DNA from: Curvularia clavata
Taxonomy: Eukaryota
Direction: 5' to 3'
DNA length: 45,961 nucleotides
Assembly: GCA_023920165.1 (NCBI GenBank)
Contig: CP089274.1
Coordinates: forward strand, 5,890,001 to 5,935,961
The notes under the pieces were generated by a model that worked only from the letters and a program-made list of their open reading frames with translations, was not told where the DNA came from and made no database searches. A program made the translations under genes and the position numbers. Shown here piece after piece: positions 25,310-37,209 of this stretch; position 1 is the first letter of the stretch; each line of letters starts with the position of its first letter.

Positions 25310-26833
25310 TTGAATCGGTTCTTTTGAGGCTGAAACATAAATAATCAAATGTATTAGAAATTCAAAGCTCACAATGTGTACCATTGCAAATTTACAAAGG
25401 ACTCTGGTCTTAAATCAAGTCACAGATGGAATAATGGGTTAGACACGAGTAAAAAGAGTCTCTATAAGCATTTCTATATTCATAACAGTTTCCATCGTAT
25501 CTCATTATATAGGCAGCACGGTTATCAATACAACCTAGGACATTATAGAAGATATCCCTGTTGTGAGGATTGAGTCAAATTCTATTAAAAGTTGCTTTTG
25601 ACATCTCTACTAATCCAGGATCAAGACTCTAGTACTACCATCGGTCAATAAAATCACTATGTATCTACATGAATTAGACTCTCCTCAACAACATCAGTGT
25701 AATTCATCTTCATCATCTTAGCTACTTAACAATAAGTAACCACACTCCTTGGTATATAGTGACAGGCGTTGGGCCCTTATATCTTAATGTATTTAACTTA
25801 AATTACCCATAGAACTCTTATTCATGTTATAATATGGCTTCCTCTACGAAAACCAAGCTCTAAAGTCTTGATACTAGAAGTCTCATATTACTTCCACTTA
25901 TGAACCTTACTTTTGATGGCATGTACTACTTTAGTGATAACATCAGTCCGATGTTCTTGATTATGATGCACATAGATAATGTCTAGTAGCATTCAACTAT
26001 TCTGTGATAGAGAAGCGAAGCGAACCATAATATGATAGCTTTATAGGTCTTTTAGCTTAGATCACGCACTCGGTGCTTCTGCGGTGATCTCTAGCTTATT
26101 CTAAGCTCCTGTCTTCGGGACTCTGAGCTTCTGTGAGCACTGACTTTCACGATTGGCATCTCGCCGGCATATGGCTCCATATTAATACGCAAGATGAACC
26201 TTGTGAGCAGTTGTGGTTGACACTTTACGGTAGTTTAAGACGGACGAAATTCCGGGCGTTTCGGGGCTGTACGGGTCTCCAATACCTTGGAAATGATATC
26301 GAGTGAGATAAGCTAGTTGATCTTGCTGTTAACATGAAGGTCGGTGCTTCGCAGTAATGCCAGGGATCAACGCATGCATCTTCATCCGAAAAGGTTCGGT
26401 CGAAGACTATATCACGTGAATGGCAATACAAGTTCGCATGTGCGCATGGGCGCATGGGTGGCCAGGTGCGGGAACGAGGCAACTGTGTCCTATTGGGCCG
26501 GACTGCAAGACTATTATCCTTGCCATCGTCGCAACTTTATTAGGCCCGATCCTCAGTGACTTGGGCATTTCGACCACTAAGAAAGCGTTAAAAATCTCAT
26601 TAGACGAGGCTAGCGCGGATCGCTGCCGTGTCTCCCATCTCTAACCCTGTAGTGAATAGATTCTGTTACCCGTGATTTTCGACGAAAAGAAGACGCACCA
26701 AAATTAATGCAAGAGGTTTAGACTTCACCATAGAGAAAAGATTGTGTCTCTTTTCGTTATAAATCTTAACGTCTTTTACATCTTTCCACATTGTACCCAC
26801 TATCACCTCAGTTTAATTTTCCATCATTGCAAA

Positions 26834-28639
26834 ATGTCGGCTCCTCGTTTCTCACCCACACCTGGTTTTCTTCGAGACCCATCCATCAATTCACTCAAGC
26901 ATGCTTCACTATTTCTCACTACTTTATTGCTTGCTATTATTACTCTACTTGTGCTTCGTTTCTTCACTAGGTCAAAGCTACCGCTAGCGAATGCTCCCGC
27001 ATGGTATCAACCAACTATGCTGGAAAGATTGGAGTACCTGCGGAATGGCACTGAGATTTTGAAGCAGGGCAGACAGCGATATCCAAATCAACCTTTCAGG
27101 CTAGTCGGCCAAGCGCACGAGATTATCGTCCTTCCGCCTTCTTATGCGGATATGATCCGCAACGATCCTCGCTTACACTTTGGCTTATCACTAGTTAGCA
27201 CATGTTAGCATTACTAGAGAACATGAATTATATTCTGAGGCTAAATTATAGTCAGGATCTCATGCCAAAGGTGCCTGGCATGGAGCCATTTGGTACTCTT
27301 CTGCACGAAAAGAGAACCTTACAGACAGTGATTAAGAAGCAACTAACCAAATACCTGAGTAAGGAATGCATTGAAACAAATTTGCAACATAACACTAACA
27401 CTTTCATAGACTTAGTAACAGAGCCACTATCAAAAGAAGCCACTTTCGCCGTTGACTTGCTACTTGGCAATGACCCAGGTAAAGTACATCATCTACGCTT
27501 TTAGTTATACTAGTTAACTTTATTAGAATGAAACACGGTCACAATCGCGGACATCACTTTACAATTAGTATCTTGCTTGCCAAGCAAAGTTTTCCTTGGG
27601 GACCAGCTATGTCGTAACGAAGACTGGCTACGACTTACGAAAGAGTATGCTGCGAGTGCTTTCGCGTCAGGCTTTTTCATGGGCATATTCCCCTCAATTC
27701 TGAAACCTCTAGTACCTTGGTTCTCTGCAGGGCCTAGAAATACAAAACAAAAGCTAAACCAAGCGCGTGCTATACTAGAGCCAATCCTTGAAAAAAGGAA
27801 CCAAGAAAAGGCTGAAGCTAAGAAGAAAGGCGAACCAGCTCCAGTCTACAATGATGCGCTAGAGTGGCTTGAGAAAGGGAGTCAAGGTATTACAATTGAC
27901 GCTGCTACATACCAGATGGCTTTGTCATTTGTGGCGATTCATACCACGTCAGACTTGTTAACGCAGGCACTGACGCGTTTCGCCATCGACCCATCTCTAG
28001 TTCAAGAATTACGGAAAGTGATTATCCATGTGCTCTCTGTTAATGGCCTTAAGAAATTAGGGTTCGCTAACCTAAAGCTCATGGATAGGTTGGACTCTTT
28101 GCGTCTCCTTCAGAGCACTATCACACTACGTAAGTGTTGTACATTATACATGTTCAGTAAGAAATCGTAATAGTAACTAATACATGCATGGATTAGTGAG
28201 CATGAGAAGAGTGGCAAAGGAGAAAGTCGTTCTCCCGAACGGGTTTGTTATTCAAAAGGGCCAATATGTTGGAATCAATGGTGATAATATGATCAACCCT
28301 AAGGTTTATCTAGATCCAGAAACATACGACCCTTATCGCCATTACCGTATGCGGAAAGATCCTAGCCAGGCTATGAAGGCACATCTGGTATCTACGCACC
28401 CTGACAATCTCACTTTTGGGTATGGTATACATTCTTGCCCAGGTCGTTTCTTCGCTGCCAACGAGATCAAGATTGCTCTTTGTCACCTTCTGCTAAAGTA
28501 TGACTGGGAGTTGGGACCTGGAGCATCTCTAGAGCCATACACTTTGGTTTGTGAACAAGTTTCGTTCAATCCCGCAAATAAACTCCGGTACAGGCGCCGT
28601 AAGGAAGAGCTGGACTTGGACTCTCTGGAGTACTTATGA
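26834..28639 (+). pseudogene. Cytochrome P450 (secondary-metabolism type) pseudogene, 4 introns
   Basis: N-terminal membrane anchor, I-helix VAIHTT, heme motif FGYGIHSCPGRFFAANEIK. Spliced in-frame TGA at 27529-27531. The ExxR motif is present only on the opposite strand (micro-inversion 28089-28117). Confidence 0.9.
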
Positions 28640-31045
28640 GACATATGGTAGCCCTGCTTGAGTGGAAATACAGTGGCATCTAGGTTTCGCTCTTGCTTTC
28701 TGATTATCATGTTACTTGTTGTCGTAGCATGTATGTTAGAGTATTGTGTATTTTTACTTTTATATACATATAAGTTAGGTATTGTAACAGTTTGTGTATG
28801 GAATGCCTTGCTTTAGGCTGAGTATTAAAACGCGAAGCTAAGTTTCCCATTCGGTATTCGAGAAAGACATTCCTCGCTCGATTAATTTCAACATGCCTAC
28901 GGCTTGTAGAATTTTACAATATAGAGTGTGGATATATACTGTACGAAAATTACCTCAGCCTTGAGGCCGTGCTATGGGCAAGCAGCATCACTTCTCTATC
29001 ATGGAAAGCCTTACTTCAGAGTCTGTACCGCAAAAAATAGCTCTTGTCAAACTATCGGGATTGATTTGCTGACATCGGGCCTCATTTTGAAGGGCGCTAG
29101 GAGACACAGGGTGCTAGCAGTCCGTCTCGACTCTAAACCTCAGTTGTTAATGTGCAGTCGCCCGTCCACAAGTCTCTGAAAACAACGAACTAGTCTCCGA
29201 TGGCCAAATCAGATCACTCTTCGTTTTGATAGCATACAGTATCCATGTGAATAGCCGTTCGTATAATCACCAGACCCATTAGGGATTGAGAAAAAATGAC
29301 TGACATGCTGTCTTGAGTAACAACGATAAGCCTAGAGACTGTATCAAAATACAGTCTTCCTAAGCTGCATCTCACGACACTTGTTACTGGTAAATAATAT
29401 CAGTATCTTTCCTGCCCGGTAGACCGTCTAAAGATACAGCATGATAAAAACATAGACACCAAGACAAGCCGTGTTTGACGACTGTATATGGAACATACTT
29501 ATCTTGAATAAGATTGAATGGTCTATAATCAAACTCATATATAGTTTTTGAACGTATATGCGACGTAATGGAACGATGATGAATATCGTGATAATGTTAA
29601 GTGGTCATTGGGCGTTCAAAAAGCTGCCGGAAAGGGTGAAATTGACAGGCCCGATATACTTCGGACCCGTCATGGTCCCATTCCGAACAAGCTCAAGCTG
29701 GTCAGCACTACACGACATGCGAACCCTCTTCCCAGACGATGACAGCAATATAAAGTGAGTCGATTGTAACAGCTCAGTGCCTGTTCACCACTTTAGCACT
29801 GGTGATTTCCAATGCTTTTCCTTCTGAACCTGCGTAGCATACTTGATTTGGCAATGCAAGTCTAGATGCGTAAGCCAGTTGGGTCGATGTTTTATACAAG
29901 ATCTTGCACACCATGACCCCGTCTCTACTTTGTATTACTCTCTTCTGCCAAGCGAAGGGCTCAATCTTGGCATACTGATCTTGTGGACTGTAGAAACCGG
30001 TACCCCGGACGGAGTTTTGAACTTACGCCTCAGCCTAGTCTAGGCGCGTATCTTCCGGCACTCCCGGAAGGCTGGGGCAGACAGCATATCGCTACCTGTT
30101 ATGTAGTATCAAATTTACGCCTAGCTGAGTCACATGGCTACTTTTAGCGTCCCGAAGGGGCCAAGACACACACAACGGGGGTGGTCTCGCAGAGAATCTA
30201 GGTTAGCGCTGTATGGTCTGAGCCTTGGGCTAGGGTGCTACTTTCTAGAACGATATTCTGTGCCATGGTTATGCGCGGTGCGATGATTTGGTTCCATAGA
30301 TGTTTTACATATCTGCGCTATCGGGAACTAAATGAGACGGCACTAGAATGGTGGCTGAGTCGTGGTGGACAGCGATACTGCCCACTACAATCCCGGGGGA
30401 GTGGTGTACGTTGTTAAAGCGCTTCAGGTTCCAAACAACCCATGCAGAAATTGTTACCACGCTATGCATATCTAAGATTAAGGAAACATGCGTAGTAGCG
30501 GGAGAGATTTCCAGGAGTGAAATACGACATTAAACCACCGTGCCCAAAGGGACCGCGTAATTTGCGCAGCAAGCCAAATATCTGCTTCGTCTGAATTTAA
30601 CAAGAAACATAGCTTGTAGGTACTACAAGCAAAAGTAAGATAACTGACTCGCTTGCTTTACCGACTCGCTCATCCGCTACGTTACGCTATTCCAGATATA
30701 GCGCGGATAGCTAAGCTCCGTCTATTGCAAGGCTAGCGGACCGGCGTGGACTAGGTGTTGATATACTGAACTAACTTTGCTTGAAACGGCCCTTTCAGCT
30801 CCGTCTGTGCAACATCCTTTTCAGGTAATTGTCTTGAACGATATGCTCACTACATTGTTGAGGGTTGAAACGGTGTGGAGAACATCGAGTCTGAGCCCCA
30901 GAAAATTGCAAGGCTGAAAATGGAAGGTGACAGGTGCAACACTGAAAAAGCAAGGATACTATCGAAAAGTGAAAGGAAATAAGAAGGGGCGAGAGCCTCG
31001 CGGAAAAACAAACATGAAATCAGTACCACTTTGAATACACTCAGT

Positions 31046-32389
31046 ATGCGATTTCTCAATTCATTACTTCCGCTCGCCTTGAGCGTACAATTCTTAGAAG
31101 CGCAACCGCTCGATAGTAGCGCTACCAGTTCGAGCTGGGCTGGAGTCAATTCATACTTTCTCCACGCATATCAGAAGTATGGACCGGCTAAGACTTCCTT
31201 AGCTCTTTAGCTCTTGCTTACTGTTCACAGAGACGATCGACTTGCTGTGCTTGACGCGGTCAAAGACGCAAATCTCAAGACACTTCGTATTTTCATCTCG
31301 CACACAGCTCAAAACAACAAGAACACTGGGTCAGTCGAAATGCCCGACATTGAACCACAGCAGGTCGGCACATACGATGACACCCAGCTACGCGTTATCG
31401 ATCAACTAATGGTCGAAGCCCACGACCGAGGTAAGCCCTTATCAAATTATGTGTAGCTTCTTTAATGTTGTGCGCAGGCATCAAGTTGGTTATTGCTCTA
31501 CATGACCGCTATCAACTGGGTTGTTGGGGTAACGGTACGTTCACAATCAGGTTGAACCAGAGCTACCTACGACACTAAATCATCCTGAATACAGATACAT
31601 ACGTATCTAAATACAAGCTTCCGGCTATCGACTGCGCAACAACCCCTGCCGCTCAAAACGACGTGACGTTCTTTTATCAGGACGCATCGCCAATCTTCGA
31701 CTTCGACAACCGCCTTACACACATTCTCCAACACCAGAATGAATTGATCCCGGGTGCACCGCAGTGGAAGGATCTTTCAGATTACATATTTTCATTCAAC
31801 ATCCAGAACGAAGGACAAGGGCATCTGCGCAGTAATATCGCACCTGCGCCAGGGTGGTGGTGTGATCGAAGCAAGAAGATGCGAAGCATCATGGGTAACA
31901 GTGCAATCCTCATCTCAACAGGCAAGTATTACCGCAAACATTCTCTCATGTTCTGTATCCTAGATGAACCTGGTTATATTGACTATTTTGTTTACAGGTG
32001 GTGGCAATGAATTTCCCAATTCCGACATTCCTGAAAACTGGGACTGCGACACGCTCGATCTCATCGATATCCACTCTTACAGCGGAGTATCTGAATGGCG
32101 CAACAAAGCACCTATTGCGCTGCAGCACGCTCAAGATGCCAAAAAACTTGTACTTTTTGAGGAATTTGGCGCCACCGGTTCCAATAAGGCTCGTATCGTG
32201 AGCCAGCATATCGATGTTTTCAATGAGCTTAAGGTGCCATGGATGGTTTGGCAGATCAATAAGCCGGGAAAAGGTGTGGCAGACTTTGAGTTTTGGACAA
32301 ACGAAGACACGTACACAGTAGTGAAGCAAGGAGCGTCTAAGGCATTAAAAATTGCTGCAGCTCAAGCGTTTCCTACTCTCAACATTTGA
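31046..32389 (+). CDS. Secreted GH5-like (clan GH-A) glycoside hydrolase, 4 introns (31177-31230, 31431-31477, 31535-31594, GC-AG 31922-31997)
   Basis: Signal peptide; WAGVNSYFLHA, LKTLRIFI, GIKLVIALHDRY, acid/base IQNE, IDIHSY, nucleophile LFEEFG, PWMVWQ. All introns preserve frame. Confidence 0.88.
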
Positions 32390-32628
32390 TTACCTATGGG
32401 TATATCGAGTTGCATCTGGGACACTCACGTATGACCTCTGTAATTTATTGCAGGTGCTCCATCAAAGGAAAGGCACAATTTCAGCGTTTTGGTGACCTGG
32501 ATTGATTGAAACAATATGTTATGTCAGGATCCAATAGAATCTATGAGGTTGTGCATACATCCCACCAGACCAAGAGTAAGCCGAGACAGCATGGTCAACT
32601 CGAAAAGGTAGATGTTTTAGTTGGCATA

Positions 32629-33137
32629 TGTTACACGGGGTCCTACTTGTCAGTGGGAGTATACTTACCTAGCCTAGATTCCGGGTTAGGGCGAGGCCAG
32701 TTTCTACGAAGTATACCGTGAGGTAGTTGTCTGGCGATTCGGTGGTAGGGAGTAACAAAGATAGATAAAACCAATTCTATTGGAGGATAGAATAACTAAG
32801 TATTAATCTGTGTACAAAACAACTTACGAAAGAATACTTGATGAGTTGACTATAACGAGTGTAATAATGAAATCTAATACATTCTTATACCTATTGTCTT
32901 CTAGTCCTGATATCTGTGTCCTCTGGTCGTCTCTCTGGCTTCCCCAGATGTCCCAGATGCCGTAGCATCTCTAACCGGGGTGGCATCTGCTACTTGGGCT
33001 AGATGTTACTTCTTGGTGGGATGCCAAGTCACGTGATCACCGCCCCGCGGAGATTATTACCTTCTGACGTGTCGCCTAATGGTCTCATACCTGCGACTCT
33101 CGTCAAGGAGAGATCCTTTGCCTTGTTACTTGTAACA
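32629..33137 (-). mobile_element. Solo LTR (509 bp) related to the Gypsy element at 36642-44069
   Basis: TGTTACA..TGTAACA termini. The reverse complement matches the intact LTR closely at both ends and diverges in the middle. Flanks GCATA / CTTTT do not form a TSD. Confidence 0.92.
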
Positions 33138-34499
33138 CTTTTATGATTTTGGGGCTTCCGCTATTCGGTCCTAGTATATAATGTCTGTCTGCTAGGGTAG
33201 TATAAATCTGAAAAGTGGAGTATTCTGCGTCCAGTCTGCAGTTGGTTTCCGTTCTGATGGACTGCAAAGCTATAGATGGCCTACTTTTCTCCTTCCTTTA
33301 TGTACTGTAAAGGAATATGCAAAGTCTTATTAAGAGATTATCTTTAGATCTATGACTGTCTAAACGTTCCAAATATTGTTAAGTTCTAAATATTTGATCT
33401 GACTATTAGGTAGTCTGATTGATAGGCTATAGGACTGAACCCGGAAGCAGAGGGTAATAACTGAGGTAGTGGAATCTGGCTGGACGAATAACGGATTAGC
33501 TTATTCTGATTTCTATAGAAGTGTCTATAACCTTGTAAAACTCGATATGTTATAGATATAAGAGATGCAATGGTAACTATAATTGTATTTGACAAGATCA
33601 AAGCTCTTGACCGGACTGGCTAGACTATTTAGGTTTTGGTGTTCATGATGGCTCAGGTAGGCTAGCCTATTTGGGATGGATAGCCGAGATCTTATGTGAT
33701 AATCCAATTGGGCCGGTGGGTACGCGTATAGCTGCATCCGTAAAAGCGGAAATATTCCGTACTATCTTATAGTAACTAGCAAAGCTGTGCGCGCGGGAAC
33801 ACAACATCTGATAATTGCTAGTAAGGAATATTATGATTGTCTGCTTACCAATACACCCTCGTAGCGGCGTTGTCTAACTTTTATCCGATATTAAACTACC
33901 AACTTTAGCAGGTGACGCAGGGTTTTGCGTTTGCTAGATGAAAATACTAGAATCACGATCGTAAGGGAGTAGACTGATCTGACGTCTGGCACGGGCCTTC
34001 CTCGCGGATGTGAACCTTAGCGCTTATCAGTTGGGCTGTGAGGAGGTTCTACCCTATATATTCTAAGTACATATTTACTTTATTTCGTGAAACATTCTCT
34101 CGTAATTGGTTGTTAAGCGTAGCTGTTCGAGTAGTCGATTGAGGTAGCATTTCCTAGTTGCTTTTAGCTGTGAAAATAGGCAGAAAATCGAAGTGAATAA
34201 AAGATGTAGTCCTAAGAGTCACTTCTCCTAGCATCTTAGAGTGCAGCTCTATGACTGTCTAACCCAATAACCACGCTTAAATATAAGTAACTCATGCTGA
34301 AATATAAAGGAAAGCTATTTACTGTATAGGTGTATTGTTACTTATAAGTTATCCAGCTTTTTTGACTATAGCTGAGCTACGAAGCCATCGCCTTATCTAG
34401 ATCTCTAGTTTCGACACAACTATCTAGCTCTATCGCCAGATAGCTATGAGAATGTCTGGTTTTCTAAAACGAGAGTTGACTTGAACTTCTATCTATTTA

Positions 34500-34957
34500 A
34501 CAATATTCGCGGTATAGTTATAATCTTTACTATAGAGGGAGTTTTATCTCGTAGTTAATAGCAAACGATGGGTGCTGGGCTATTGCTAACTAGAACTCCA
34601 TCTCTCTCGATGACTTCTGTGCCTGGAACCCGGCTGTAGGTAAAAGTTGCGCAACTCTCTAACTGAATTACTACGTTTGCATCGGTAGAGTATCCACTAC
34701 AATGTTAAACGCGACTACCACACGGGTATCTACCGCATTGAGTGCTACTACGACGAAGCCTGCAGCGCTAGGGCCTACGCAAAGCAGTATTCCGGCGAAT
34801 TGAAATAAGGAGGTGGTACAAAAGGATGGAGTACTGCTACGATATGGCGCAGGCAGCTGGCCTCTCGCTGGATAGACTGTATGCACTGAATCCGGCACTC
34901 AATGGTGATTGCAGTGGGCTGTGACCAGGGTATACTTATTGTATGGGTACGTCCTGA
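34500..34957 (+). pseudogene. LysM-domain (effector-type) gene relic with at least 2 LysM repeats
   Basis: DGCWAIAN*NSISLDDFCAWNPAVGKSCATL*LNYYVCIG, a Thr-rich linker, then YCYDMAQAAGLSLDRLYALNPALNGDCSGL*PGYTYCMG. Fungal LysM WNP/LNP..C..L...YxC pattern with multiple stops. Confidence 0.85.
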
Positions 34958-34981
34958 TCAGTGAATGTAGATGTGCAGCTT

Positions 34982-36030
34982 CTACCTAGTGTATGTAGTT
35001 CTTGATATATTGAGAATACACAGGAACAGTGATGCTGATTTATGTTCCTTAAGCCGATCTAGATTCTTTGAATTTGAGTATACGAGCGTGCGGACGTGGT
35101 CCTGTCTTAATAATTTAAACACATCTTCCCACTTCTTATCCATCTTCACTTCGTCGTTGGTGACTACAATATCTATCTTTGACGCAGTAGACTTGATGTC
35201 CTCGGCCATTTTATCGACAGTTGTATACTTCCTATTCTAAGCATTCACCAATACTTTGCCTAGCCTTGCCTCTTCTAGCTCTTGCCATATGTTGTCTAGG
35301 AATCTTTCGTCGAAGACCTCTCTGTTGTTATTATACGATTTGCACCCACCCGCGACTAGACAACATAGCTCCCAACACCCTGTTTTAGCCGAGGGTGATT
35401 TATTGGTGTAATTATTTGTTATAAGTCTCCACACAAATGTCGCCTAGTAGTAGATGTCCTCCTGGACGCAGCTGTGTAACACTTCCTCGTCAAACTCTAT
35501 GAGCTCTTCGCGCACGCTGCCACCTTCTCTATAGTCGGTTTCATCGCCAATGATTTCGGCACTAACAAATCTAGTAAGCGTAAGAGAGTAATCTAAGCGT
35601 AACTATATTATCTGAGTAGAAAATGTCCTGAGATAAATCTGATAAGAATGTAAAGCGCCCAGCACTGAAAGACCTTGAAGGGCCTACCGGTAATATAGGC
35701 TTAGCATCGTCTTGTCGTAGCGACTGGGCTTCACGGGTACAGGTATAGTTATTACTGGCAGCTTCAAATCGAACGGCCCAGGCCACAGCCTCTTAACGAG
35801 TAGACTACTATTATTAAGGATGCCGTCGTAACTTGGCGGTGTTATTCGCATGCAGACGATGCACATACGATCTACACTCACCGAACGATTCTGGCGTAAT
35901 TCTCTCCTAGGCGTTGATACACATTCCGGATCTTGACTATAGGCCAGCCAGTTAATTCTCGCCTATAGTTATGAATCTGCCCGCGCGGTAAACTTGGCTA
36001 GTAGATAATTATGTGTTTTCCATTCTTATA
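34982..36030 (-). pseudogene. Degenerate protein-kinase-like gene relic
   Basis: Fragments IRNVYQRLGENYARIV, QEDIYY*ATFVWRLITN and LGKVLVNA*NRKYTTVDKMAEDIK resemble the N-lobe, subdomain IX and C-terminal helices of fungal kinase-like proteins. Many stops. Confidence 0.45.
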
Positions 36031-36607
36031 TGGTATACAATTTGCTTGCTCGAAGAATACTGCGTACTAAGTCTGCGAATCCTCGTGTGTTATAGTTGCT
36101 TTAGTAGGAACAGGGAGGCTATAACATAGCTGATGTTCGGACTCTTGAGTAGGAAGAGCGTCTATTGTCTTGTTTGTCTGCGGTTCGTCATCTGTTAGAG
36201 TGTTGTTGGTATAAAATGCTAAGCCTATATTAGAGGCCGGTGAAAGCGGCTGCAGGAAATCAAGTGGATTAGGATCTAGAGGAATAAGTAAATAGTTGTC
36301 TGAATACCCTTGGCGTGTTATAGGTAATAAGCAGAAGAATTTTTCTCTGGGTGCTGACCATAATTAGGCAAAAGGCTCACTCGGTTTACGGTTAGCACTA
36401 GACTGGTAAATCGGGTATTTAGCTAGGGCTATCGATTATCTTGGCCAATACTAGTCCAAGTCAAGTAATTCTGACGTCATTAGAGAGCTAGCACTCTAGT
36501 CTAAATATTACTAATATATTATTTTAGCTTAACACTAATAGTACTAGTGCTAGAGCTAAAAAAGGAGTAAAAATTGTTGTAGATAAGCTACTCAGCTACT
36601 CTACGAC

Positions 36608-36639
36608 AGAATCCGGGTGCTCAGTCACACCCGGATTCT
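36608..36639. repeat. Perfect 12-bp inverted repeat with 8-nt spacer in the Copia LTR
   Basis: AGAATCCGGGTG (36608-36619) and CACCCGGATTCT (36628-36639). Confidence 0.9.
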
Positions 36640-36641
36640 AC

Positions 36642-37148
36642 TGTTACAAGTAACAAAGAAGGATCTCTCCTTGACGATGGCCGCAGGTAGGAGACCATTG
36701 GGCGACACGTCAGAAGGTAATGATCCCCGCGGAAGGGCGATCACATGACTGGCCTCAGGCCAAGACCGGGAAACCACGCTAGTATGTGAGGACACGCTCA
36801 CACGTGACCAAAGTGACTTCAGGGACTTCAGAGAACACAGGGGTTATTCCGTGAGGACAGTGAGGACAGGACCGGAAGCAATGGGTATAAGAATGTGTTG
36901 GATTTCATTATTACACTCGTTGTGGTCAACTCAGCAAAGTATCTTTCATAGTTACCTTTCATACTCAGATTGATACTAGTTATTCTATCTTCCAATAGGA
37001 TTGGTTTTGTCTATCTTCCGTTAATCCCTACCACCGAATCGCCAGACAACTACCTCACGGTATACTTCATAGAAACTGGCCTCGCCCTAACCCGGAATCT
37101 AGGCTAGGTAAGTATATTCCCAACTAACCAGTAGGACCCCGTGTAACA
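36642..37148 (+). repeat. Gypsy 5' LTR
   Basis: TGTTACA..TGTAACA termini; TATAA at 36886-36890; GTGAGGACA x3 (36786, 36851, 36860) in U3. Confidence 0.97.
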
Positions 37149-37150
37149 CT

Positions 37151-37158
37151 TTGACCAC
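37151..37158 (+). promoter_or_regulatory. Putative self-priming primer-binding site (TTGACCAC)
   Basis: Lies 2 nt after the 5' LTR and is complementary to GTGGTCAA (36922-36929), just downstream of the LTR TATA box. Confidence 0.6.
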
Positions 37159-37209
37159 CCACGGATTCGGTAAGCGGTTTAACACCAAGCGTCCGATTGA
37201 GATATCACC

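Noticed and set aside
14470..28639. Secondary-metabolite cluster (P450, epoxide hydrolase, reductase, TF)
   Set aside because: No backbone enzyme (PKS, NRPS, terpene synthase) in the window; the genes are scattered and mostly broken.
36786..36868. Short direct repeats as a CRISPR-like array
   Set aside because: Eukaryotic LTR U3 repeats of 8-9 bp with no spacer architecture.
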